This document shows, one piece after another, positions 25,130-36,950 of a stretch of 64,000 nucleotides of DNA. Each line of letters starts with the position of its first letter. Positions within the stretch are counted from its first letter, which is position 1. Where the stretch lies: contig KZ538310.1 of NCBI GenBank assembly GCA_000934665.2, forward strand, positions 1 to 64,000. Direction: 5' to 3'. Made by a program: the position numbers and the translations under genes. The notes under the pieces are model-generated. The model did no database searches, was not told where the DNA came from, and worked only from the letters and a program-made list of their open reading frames with translations. Source of the stretch: Catajapyx aquilonaris (Eukaryota).

Positions 25130-25135
25130 TCAGTC
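25130..25135 (+). promoter_or_regulatory. Arthropod initiator-like motif TCAGTC (candidate TSS)
   Basis: Matches TCAGTY and lies 30 nt upstream of the ATG micro-exon. The motif is short and could be chance. Confidence 0.3.
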
Positions 25136-25161
25136 GTTACTCAGAAAGTGAAAAGAAAGCG

Positions 25162-25169
25162 ATGGCGCG
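25162..25169 (+). CDS. Putative first coding micro-exon (Met-Ala-Arg) of the acyltransferase-like gene
   Basis: gcgATGGCGCG|GTAAGT has a strong start context and a consensus donor. Its phase 2 matches the acceptor at 36950/36951, giving MAR-YRSVGRRRSF... across an 11.8-kb intron. Confidence 0.5.
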
Positions 25170-28100
25170 GTAAGTATTAGTTTACTATGCACGTGATCTA
25201 AGCGCCTATTACATCTCCTCTTATCGCTGATTATACCCCCTACAGAAGAGGTAAGCGATAACACAACAATAATGCGTGGATTAGAATACTCTACATGGAG
25301 ATGAATTTATTACAAAATTTTATATTGCAGCTTATAAAATCGGTGGTATGCGTATCCAACAAGATTAGTGTCTCTCCAGATGCGAACACCTTTCCTTGTA
25401 TACTGGTAATGTGGCCGTATGCAAAACAGGGACACATTTGGCAAGTGAAAAAAAAGTAAAAGTAAGGGGAGAAGTGGAAAAGTTGTAAGCATTTACATCA
25501 GACAATATTACAGAATTAGCATATTTCCTGATAAATAAATTATGCAATTTGCAAATATCGACAATAACCGGTCCCATCTTTTCACCCAAAATTACGATAA
25601 ATTTCTAGACATACAGTATATCAATAAGAAAATTTTTTACCGGTAGTTGATCATGACGGCTCCCAGATGAGCCTCCAGTTGGGGCTACCCGGTACCTTTC
25701 CCTTTCGGTGGGGCTGTAGTTGTCCCTCTGAAGGTCCGCTAGGCGAGTGGCCAACTGACCGAGATTCTTCCTGTTCCTTTCTTTCCTTCCTTCCTCACCT
25801 GCACAGTGAGACTCCTCGACTGCTATTGACATCGGCCTTTCTTCAGGAAAACTTTCTCCAGCAGGCGGGACCCAAATCATTCAATCGCCCTCAAGCTATA
25901 GGGCCCTTGTTGAACGCCTTAGCTATTACTTCATTGACACCAGGCTGGTTGCATCAGGTGTTGGCTGATCAGACATAGACAAGTGCCGGCAGGTAATTGA
26001 GAGCAAACCGGTGTTAACCACGCTCTGAATCAAATATGGGGTACACGAATTCTGATTTAGAAATTATCTTACTCATATTGTTCAGATAATAAGGGATAAC
26101 GCATACTGTATTGTGTATATCTAAAATATAATGAAGTGGGTCGTTCGTATTCATGGGGGATTGGTTATGGGACCTCTGCAGGACACATTTTAAAAGTGAT
26201 CATTTTTTCATTACAAAACAGCAATTAACATTAAAAAATTGAATAACTTTCACGTAATTATTTTATTTACAAAATATAAGCAATATTTCCACATGATATC
26301 TGTCACTTAGCATGTCTTATAAGCTCTTGTGGGATTGAGTGGATCTCTACTTACAATTAGTTTTGTTCGCACAAACACTTCAGGATGTCCAGGGTGTGCG
26401 GAAGGATGATCAATGAAGGCCAGTCCTAAAAGGAAGGCCATAATGTTACAAGATGGACTTATGACTACAATATAATCATATAACTTATAGTATTTACTAT
26501 CATATTTACTATCATATACATTCTTTGATTGTTCATGTCAAAACCTTGGACATGCAATGCATTAATGATGCTCCGGGCCATTACAATCATCTCCTTCGCT
26601 GGTTCATTGGTTCTTCAACACAACAGAGCACTATAGAGCAGATGCAATGGATTAAACTCTAAACACAAACTCGATTTATGTTACACAGCATTGTGTTTGC
26701 CACATGGACACCATAAATATCGTTTGAAAGTTTGAAAAAAGAGTCAGTTTTTTAAAACTACCAAAGTACCGTATATCACAGAACATCAGTGTATGGTATT
26801 CTGTATAAACTACTTGGCTGAATGTATGGACGTCTTAATTTATATAATCTAGTATACAGGTCTATTTGTTAACCCTTTCAGATTTATTGCGATACTATTT
26901 AACAGATATGCCAAGTTGATCTTGACACACTGCAGTATTTCTGGAAATAATGTTAACCGCTGGTGTATGTTCTATTATGGAATGAATTTAATATTACAGT
27001 ATAGGACTATAGGTCTTGTTGCTGGATATAATTATGTCAGTTTTTAAATATTTGCGTGCTTGTAAGTGGAATTTTAAATTTTGCATTTAAAACGGCATAA
27101 TCATCATATAGCATAATACATAGTCGTTTGCACTTTTCCATTAAAGCAACGTGCAATAATTGCATTACCGTATTGTGTAAACTGAAAGTCCATTAATTTA
27201 TAGGCTATGGCTATATGATCAGTATGAGGTATCCGACAAGCAAAGATATCAAAATTTGGCGAAAAAAATGAGCTGACAATCAATAATCTTATTGGTTTTA
27301 TTATCATAATACCTATACTCCTCGTCAAATACACGTACACTCAGCACTATTGTGTGAAATCATTCATATTTACATCTATTACGAAACGCAGTACCGTCAG
27401 TATTTTAAATGTCGGTTTAAATGTTATGAAAGATCATAACCGGTTTGACCCAGAAGCAATCTTTGTGTTTACTCTCAACTCAATGGTTCTTTCTCCGACT
27501 CACTCGATGACCTACCACCATCTATCCGGAACGTACTGAAAAATTCCGAGCTCTTCATGGTCACAACGAATTCTTGGTGGCTCTGCAAGGTAGCTGAGAA
27601 AGTGTATAGGAATGCAAGCCGGTATGTAAATACACTATACTAATGCAAAATGAAGAAATCATCATTCACAGCTCCAGTGAATACTGTATGTAAAACCTTT
27701 CTTCCTCTCCATCCTTAAGTCAATTTTAATATTGGATGTGCACGAACCTATGAGACACCCTGTATTTTGTGTCATTGCATTACGGGACTTTGGACCCAGC
27801 TCTTTTCTTCATAATACAGCTAGCCTACTTTCCAAACCTTCGGGAAGGACACCTGGCTAAATTTAAGCCGACCTTTTCGGGTCACAGGTCTCACGTCCAA
27901 CGATAGGGATAAAAGGGAAAGTACAGCTGAGGAAAAAGACGGTTCGATTTTTTTTTATCAGCCTAAAACGGCCTAGCTCCGGCTTTCCATAGAGAAACAC
28001 TGAGGAACACATTAATTATATACCATTGTTGATTCATTCATTGCACCAGCACATATGACACAGTCTGTACTTTCGGTCCTTTACACACACAAAAAACGCT

Positions 28101-28627
28101 ATCACACGATAAAAACTGACCCTACAGCTGTCAGCGGAAGGCAGGGCAGGTCATATATATAACTATATAATCAGTCAAAATGCACATTGTACGCCTTTTT
28201 ATGTCGTTTGAAGTAAACACTTTTTCTGGGGGATTCCAGATAAATACGTCTGTTGAGTGTCGTACAGGCGTAAACATTATGTCAGCATCATCTCTAAGGC
28301 TACAACAACTACACCGCTTCATACCTTGTTGACCTTTCATGACCTGTCAGAAGCGCTATGTCAAGTGTCAACACCATTTATCGGGTATTATCCCATCGGT
28401 ATGCTAATCCCATATCGGTCATATCTACTACGATTTCACACATAAAATATGGCTTTTGCGCAGCAGTTCTAGTGACGCAAATCGATGAAAAATATTTTTA
28501 TTCCTTAACTCACGTAACATTTCTCTCTAAGAACAATATTCGCTTATGTCAATCATCTGTGATAAGCGTTATGTGCAACCCCTGGGAATAAATAATACGG
28601 TACTGCATATTATTAGCCATGCTGAGG

Positions 28628-28628
28628 T

Positions 28629-28679
<51 letters not shown>

Positions 28680-28681
28680 TT
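28628..28681. repeat. (TTTA)n microsatellite
   Basis: Read directly from the sequence. Confidence 0.95.
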
Positions 28682-28687
28682 TTTTTG

Positions 28688-28900
28688 CAGTGAGTCCCCG
28701 TTATCCGCGGGTCACTGTTTCCAAGTCCCTCGCGGATAACACCGAAGACCGAACCCCGCTATGTAAAATAAGTTTTAATATACCGGTACATAAGTTTAAA
28801 TTACAAATACTGACTAAGACATCAATAAAATAGGATAGTTATAACAATACAGTATTTCACTGTAATAAAGATGCATGTTGAATTTTTTGATATCGGTGGG
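28688..28900. mobile_element. Tigger/pogo-like MITE end fragment
   Basis: CAGTGAGTCCCCGTTATCCGCGG...TTCCAAG..CCCTCGCGGATAAC resembles Tigger-type termini; the other end was not identified. Confidence 0.45.
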
Positions 28901-31900
28901 CTCACTGTGTAGTTTTCCAATAGTTATTTATAACACCATAAATTATTCTTACCAAAATAATTATCCTACATATTGCAAACTTGGACACGATGTAAAGGGG
29001 CAGTTATAATAACCTTTTGATCTATAAAATGAAGGAGGAGAAAGAAACTGACAACATAACCCAGTGTGAACCGGCCTCCTTTAGCTTGACATTTATGAAC
29101 TGTACACTGTCTGCTGATAACCAGCATTTTGACCCCTAATTAACACACAGAAAAATGATACACTTCCTGCTTATAGTTGTGCAAAACGGCATCGTTCTTC
29201 GGAGATTCCCCATATCATTTGCCAGGCCACTAGTGAAGCACATGCCACATAATATTATGACACGAGCCAAGTTGGCAAGGACAAGTTTATTGTGCAGGAT
29301 TCAATGAAGAGATGGAGTTGTTAGATGCAATTGGATGGCGCAAGAAGATCGAACGATCCGCTCGCAATTCGTCAGGTCATCTGTCAATCAATGGCTGAGC
29401 TACGTTGTTATTTGCAAACAACTCGAGAGATGCTCGAAAGATTGGCAGCGACATTTTCACCTTATCGTTGTGTAAAAACAAGTGCAGTTTTTTATACACG
29501 CAATAATACATGAATTGTTGCCAATATAAGGTTTCAACATAGATTTCGCATTAGTACTACGCGGTGTATTGTGTACGTGTGCTTACAGTACAAGTATGTT
29601 GCTAAATGCACGAGGATACTGCTATACAATCTTATACTTGCTTATCCACCTCATATCCACATACGAAGTAGAGAATGTGTAGGCTTACACAAGAAATTTC
29701 ATGTCATCAGTATAGAGTCACTTACAAAAATACGTCATCCTGGTAGTGGAAAGGGTTGGCTGAGAGTGACGTCACGCTCAAACGTGGTCGTGAAACTAAA
29801 TATTTTAAACATTAGCCGCGAGTTTAGTGAATATTTTCAATAACATTCATGAATATTGCGAAAGGTGATGCCAGAGGGAAAGACACTGGCTGAATAATGT
29901 GGGTTGTCGCATGTGTCTAGGAGCAGGCAAATGTGTCTAGTCACAAATGTTACTGGTTTGTCTCTCTACATTTCTCCCAGCTACATTTATGCCTTTGTAT
30001 TGATACTAGGCGGTGGCAGGATCTTCGACTAATAACAAATAACACCTGTACCGGTTAACCAAGGTGTGAAAACCCACCAATATTATAAAGAATAAACCAA
30101 CTCGCAGTTGTTAATCTCTGTGGCATCTTGTACTTTTGCAATGATGTTTCCCAAAGGTATCCTCATAAACAGCCCGATAACAAACATGGTATTTTGCTGT
30201 ACCCCTGCAGGTAAGGATACTTGACAATGCCATGTTTACTCGTCATGAAATGACAAGTGGAGCACACGTTTCTCCTCGTCAACATGCCCCCATCACGTAC
30301 ACACTGGGTGGAAAAGGTATCCAATCAACAATGTTTTGATTTCTCACTTCCTGTGGGGGTGCGAAGGGTGGGGGCATCCCTTTAGTAGGACAGGATAAAA
30401 TGGCACACACACACACGTACACCCACACCTCGGATACATTGATAGGGAGTCCTAAAGCACTATTTCTTATTTGCCTACCGATTGTGCATCGGGTATCGGA
30501 GCTTATTATCGTGTTACTGAAGCGTTCACGGCCTCTCTCTGATTACGGGTTCAAAGGTCGGATATGTTTTTCTCATCCAGCGGACCTGCACTAATTACAT
30601 CATAACGTTTAGTGTCAAGGAAATCTAGGATATCCCGGACCGTTGCAGTTAGTGCTGCAAAAATAGGAAGCAAAATTAGCTATATTTTTTTTGTGCGTTA
30701 TTTTTTGGTTCTTGTTTCAAAGTTAACTAAGTTGGCCTAATGTTACCCTTGAAAAGGTATAGCAAAATATAAACCGCTTCTATAGCAAAAGGATGCCTAT
30801 GTTCAAACTTCAAATCAGCGAATAAAAAATACTGCTCAAATTTAAATTAACTATATACAGGTATAGATTAACTTGACCACCCCTACATGACGTAACCTTG
30901 GAACATATATTGTGGTAATCAGCAGCTAAATGCAGCAGCCACTCAGATGTGTACCTGACGATTACACTGTAAATATTTGCTGCATACATAATTATACGCT
31001 TTATATTTTAAAGTATGTCAGCAGAACGGAAGTGATTTGAAATACACTACTATCACAAGGGCAACCAAAAAGAGTCTTGATCTTGGCAGAAACTAATCGC
31101 ACTCACACGTGTAAAATGAATGACCTTAGGCTAATCTGGGCAAAAAAGTGCTTAGCTAACGAGCTTTATCAGTACCGGTCTTGAAAATAAAGCTGCACAC
31201 TTTTGTAGTGTGAAATGCAGTTAAGTATCCGTGCTCGATTTACGTTGAAAGGTCAACAAGCAACAAGATATGTAATGTTATTCTCACCTATAATGCAACA
31301 TGTGCGAAATGCAACATAGTGATTAATTTAGAGAGCAAAAAATACGGCAAGTCCGGGTATCCGATTCCTTGTAGCCTACTAAATAATGATATTCAATTTA
31401 TACCAACCGATACCAACTTTATTTGCAAATCCGAACTTTCATATTCAGTGTAGCCTACATTATTTTGTCAGCTGAACATTGGCATGTATGAGAGAAACCC
31501 CACCATATCATCTGCAACGTGGCTGTATGAATATAGTGGTCCAGAAATCTCTGGAATAATCATGCTAGTTATATTTAGACTATTACTCCAGTCTCAGTAT
31601 TGCTCCACCTTATAACCTTTTTTGAGAAGGCGCGTTGCAGGGGACAGCTGCATATAATTAATACACCATACAAGTTTGCAGCATAATCTTGCGCCCCAAA
31701 ACATGCGGAAGAAACGCTACGTCACCAAGTACAAAGTTTGTTCAATGACATCTAAAAATGCATGACAGTTGTATCACAGCCATGATTATTTATAAATTCT
31801 CATTCGGATGGATTAAATTGTGTATGTAACGTCATAACAGCTGTTAGAGGCAATGTCCAGGCCTCTAGGGGCTCATCACCTCCCGAAATAAAAGTAGAAA

Positions 31901-34546
31901 TATGAGCCACATTAACATTGTCTGACAGCGCCATAAAGCATACGAGGTATCGTAGACTGTAGAATAATAATGGGGAACAAATATTTTACTTATACTGTAA
32001 ATTATAATACTTAGTTTCAATCATTAGTTTTACATTTTTTTGTTGCTTTTTGTTGGCCTACCTCTAACGTAAGTGTACAGTATACCTCTCCACTTTCTAC
32101 CCGATATACAACAACATAATTATATTGAAATAGAGCAAGTATAGAATTTTAAAAATAGAGCCTGCATTGACACATGTACAGTACACCGGTACATGTACTA
32201 CAGTATAATATTATACTACATCATACACGGTATACGCAGATATCTTGTAAGCCTAGGTTGCCCTCTATACCACATTATCTATTTGATGTATACAAAACTT
32301 TGTATCAAAAATATGTTTAAAGTTTACAGGTACATATAAACACCTATAGAGGACTTTTATGTATATCTCTCGCATCTGCTTATCTATATCATCTCCCCCC
32401 CCCCCCCCTTCCCGTTCCTCCTACCCTCAATACCGTATATCATTTCTCAACTAAAACATGGTCAGAGTCCAAATTGAGTTTGAAAGATCCTGACTTTTAT
32501 ACCAGAGCAAGTCCACTGGCAGATAAGAAACTTTTCTTGCAACATCGCCTTTTCGTGAATAAGGAAGAACATATACAGTATATGTGCGACAGACCGCGCG
32601 GCTACAGCAGCAACAATTAAAAGTTTCATTATACGTCGCATCGTTGTCTCATGCATTCATGGACTGAATACAGCTAGAAACTGACCGTCAAAAAAACTTC
32701 TGAATGCAATTAAAATAATTATCAATGATGTGCAAACCACGCAGAAACTTATTAGTAACTAAACGTTTAAATACAATGTACTGCATCGAATTGTAGGCCT
32801 ATGCTGGCAGGGTATAAATCAAGCTTTAAAAAAAGTGTATGTGTACGACTTTATCTGGAAGCTGTTTTTAGAAGTAGTGTGCAAGGCAAGAATTAGTAGT
32901 GTCAAAGTACAGCTGAGTTGCTTCCATGATGGAAAGGCGAAAGTCCACTGAAGCTAACGACAAACACTCGGGGTCCCCCATTCAGATACGTACATCACGA
33001 TGTGTGCAGGTGATTTCTTTCTATGGAGGAGGTGGAGGAGGGAGCATTTTGATAAACCTGTGTTTGGGACCCCATAGCGTGTTCCAACTGAAATGTCATT
33101 AGTGGTTAATGATTTTTGGCACTAAGCTGAGCGCATTCAATCAGTTAATTTTGAATAGCTAGCTACTTGCCATGTTTATAATAAAGTACTGTATTAGCGC
33201 CTAATATTAAGTGCAGTGGACCCATTCTGGCTGCAAATAAGGGTCCTGGCCTGAGATAATTGGTGTTCTATCAATTGACGTTCCAATTGGCAATTTCTAA
33301 TTATTGGTAATTCATTGCAATTCACACCTTGGGCGCCTATAGTATTAGCAGATAAAACTTTTGATAACCTCTAAGAGTAACAATGCAAAAGTAACTGCTT
33401 AAAATAATCAGCTAAGGATATTTCAATTGGAATTCATCTTGTACTTGGTATAAGGAGTATTGAATTCATAAGTGTGGATCATGGAAGAAATGGAACGAAA
33501 ATGTAATCAATTAGAAACGTCATGTTCGTATTATTCGATAAGTGCATTAGCGTTTGATTCTTGCAATAATTCCTTGTGATGCAGTAATTATCGTGATATT
33601 TGTCACAAGTAATTCGGCTATAATATCCCTCTCTCCTACTATTTTCTTCCTCCACACAATTGTTTGCAGTTGTTTGCACAAGGAACCATGATCAGCATGA
33701 TGAACTACTCAAATATTGTGCTTCAAGATTTGTATTCATTAAATGGAGGTGCACCACGTGCAGTGGATAAGGCATACTCTGAGTCATACACTATGACTTA
33801 GCCCATTTCTGAAGGTATAACTGACCGGCAGAAGTGTCCTCCAAGAGAGGTCAGGGACCAAATGGCACACAGCCACGTTTCATATCAACTACGTTGCATG
33901 GCACTGGAACTAATGTGTACTAGCTGGGACCGTTCTGCAGTGTGCTATCAACAATCTCAAACTGTTACTCCTTCCAAATAACAACACTTCTCGACTAAGT
34001 GATGACGCAAACTATCGAAAACCGAAACGTTTTATTGGATATTACAACCTTGAACTTTACTCCTAGCGTAGCATTAGCTAGGCAACTATAAAAATTATTA
34101 ACACTCTCCCAGGTAGGAGAGCATATTATACCATGTCACATGCAGATTTATGATTACAAGAATCCACGCTCAAACAGGCTCAAACAGAGCTAAAGTCGGA
34201 AGGATGCCAAGGCCCATTACTATTGTAGCCCATCCATCCTACATGTCAATCTTAAGAGCCTAATGCATTATCGAAGTTACCTCAGAGTAGATGACCATCC
34301 TTATGCTGTCAAGGTTTTTTCACTGTTTATCAATAATAACCTGAGATCTGCTTCGGATTATGGTTTGTAGTACATTGTTTATGTTACTACATTGTAAAGA
34401 GTACAACGCGGTACAATCAGGTAGTGACTTAAGGTAGTGGCATCTACAAGGGTTGGTCCGCCTTGTGTCAAGTCCTTCCTCCTTCGGGAGCACTATATTT
34501 CACACGTTTCAAGAGTGGTTGTTATTTAACTATCATCTCTGTGAAC

Positions 34547-34657
34547 CAGGGATGGAAAAAGTACCGCTTCCTTCCAAGAAGCGCTTCTTTTTTCCATGTG
34601 CAGGGATAGAAAAAGAACCGCTTACCGCCCAAAGAAGCGGTTCTTTTTCCATCCCTG
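34547..34657. mobile_element. hAT-type MITE, 111 bp
   Basis: TIR CAGGGATGGAAAAAG / CTTTTTCCATCCCTG with a perfect 8-bp TSD CTGTGAAC (34539-34546, 34658-34665). Confidence 0.9.
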
Positions 34658-36145
34658 CTGTGAACACATTATTTACCAGTAATCACAGAATTGTGATTTT
34701 TTTTGGCAGCCTCCGAGCAATCAAACAAACATAAATGGCACTGCATGCACTTCTGTTTAAAAAGTACCGGTACAGTTCAGAAGCAGAATGTTTTCTTTCT
34801 CTCTGAAATGATTTTGCTCGAGTAAGCAAAACAAAAATATAACATGCACTTCAGTTCCCCAACGACTGAAAAAATATATTCCTTACTTAAGCTAAATTCA
34901 TATCATACATTCCCCACCGGTACCGACGATGGACACAAAATGCACGTTGATTCACAGGCCACCTGCTTTTAGGACGATAATCAAAATATTATGTGATTCC
35001 ACTACATTGTACTGTACTACAGTACGTACAGATAATGAGCTCTCTTTTGTCATTCCTTCAAGGACTTCGAACCCCTTTCATGTTTACTCAATTCTCCCAA
35101 TTCCCAAAGCAGCAAGGCTGCAATCTCATCGCCCCCAAAATAACATTCATGTTGGCATTTTTAGGTCCCTTCCCGCGGGAACACATCTCCTTGGACTCTA
35201 CTCGGCCCTGGTATCCACATGATAAAGCAAATCCCCCAACTCTCCCAGAATGTGCCCGAATCTAAAATGACTGCATCAGTACTACGTGTGTGGCATAAGA
35301 GGCAGGAGAAGGGTTCAAAGTGCGAGCGGTCAGTATACGAAACAGCCTACGTCAAACCAAAGATATGAAAAAATGAAAAAAAGAAAATAATATACTGGGG
35401 GTGTCAGGAAAGGTGGGGGATAAGGAGGGAGGGGTAGGTGGGACACCCCGATCAGCAAGGGCGCAAAGTTCAACAAGCAGCTGCTGATAAATGAGGAGGT
35501 CCCCTGGTCAGAGGCCAACTTGTTGCTCATCCACAAGATATCATTTAGTTGCAGATTGCTCCCTACCATCCCCCTCCCCCTTCACATATCCACCCCATCA
35601 CCATCCCCCAACACACACACACACACACACACACATGACGCAAGATCTGGAAAAGCAAATCCGCGACTTGATACTCGCACACCCATTTTGGTTCTGTACG
35701 GCACAATGGAAGGATAGTTATCAGTGCATTACACGGATGGACTCGGAAACGTCCAGTGATTTGGGTGCATGGGAGCCCAGTTAGTGCTGATGATAGCCTG
35801 TGCAAGGTGTCACAAACGAGAGTGCGTGTCCCAAACATGCTTGAGAGAACGTTTAGTGTGCGGTGGGAGCCATTTCAAAGGTGGCGAGGTGTCTTCAGCG
35901 GAAGTGGCCACTTTTAGCCGCAATGGAATAAGCTACGAGCGTAATAAAATGGTAGTCATGTGAGTATCGTACATGTAAGAGGGTGTACAAATGTAGAATT
36001 CACTCCTGGAAGAAACCTGAAAGAACACTCCTATGTATTCGCCTAGAATCATAACAATAGCCAAGAGTGTCAAGTGTCTCAATTAGAGTATTCGAAACAT
36101 TAGTTGTATGGTCCTACGTATAACAATATGGATGCAACCCACAAG

Positions 36146-36220
36146 CAGCCTCTGTAGTTTAGCGGCAGAACACACGCTCTATCGAATGTGAACCTGGGTT
36201 CGACTCCCAGCAGTGGCAAC
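36146..36220 (+). mobile_element. tRNA-like SINE head
   Basis: TGTAGTTTAGCGGCAGAAC...CCTGGGTTCGACTCCCAGCAG; degenerate anticodon arm. Confidence 0.5.
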
Positions 36221-36588
36221 CATGGGTGCACCATTATGTTGCTTAGAGATGGTCATAACACTCCAGCTCACTAGCAGAAGGGGTAGACAAAATTGCATCT
36301 GCATCTTGGACGGAGAGTATTCAGGGAACACAAAGCACTATGATGTAAGTCCTAGCCCTCAGTTTACACTGGGAAGGTACTACCTAATATTACATAGCCT
36401 TTATTGAATATAATAGCGCATAGAGCCTTGCACTGTCTTCATACGTGTTCTATTGTTACTTATATTGTTGATGTTGTTGACGGCCATTTTGGCCATTGTG
36501 ACATGTTCTAAGCATAGATATACAATACCAGCCCGCTGATATTGCCTGACACATGTGCAGTCTCAAATATGGGTATACATAATTAGGG

Positions 36589-36590
<2 letters not shown>

Positions 36591-36621
<31 letters not shown>
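36591..36621. repeat. (TA)n microsatellite
   Basis: Read directly from the sequence. Confidence 0.95.
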
Positions 36622-36624
<3 letters not shown>

Positions 36625-36950
36625 GCTAGAGTTAGAGCTAACGCGACAGTGCTTTTTTATGCTTTTATCCTGGGTCAGATCATATTTATCCGTTGCTACC
36701 TCGCCTTCCCTACTCCAGTACAGTACAAGGTACATGCTAAATGCATTTGCTGAGAATGTTGTAGGCCTACAAGGTTGCCCCAGATATGTGGAATGAGGAT
36801 TGTGGAGAAAGGAACGCGAGGAATTTTGAGTATTTACCATATCAATTTTTGGCTCATTTGCTCTGATAGCAGGCAGTATTCTTGTCGTGCTGTAAGACTA
36901 TCCCTATAGTGTGGAATGCGCATAGCAAGCAAGTGGTTTTTCTGTTGCAG

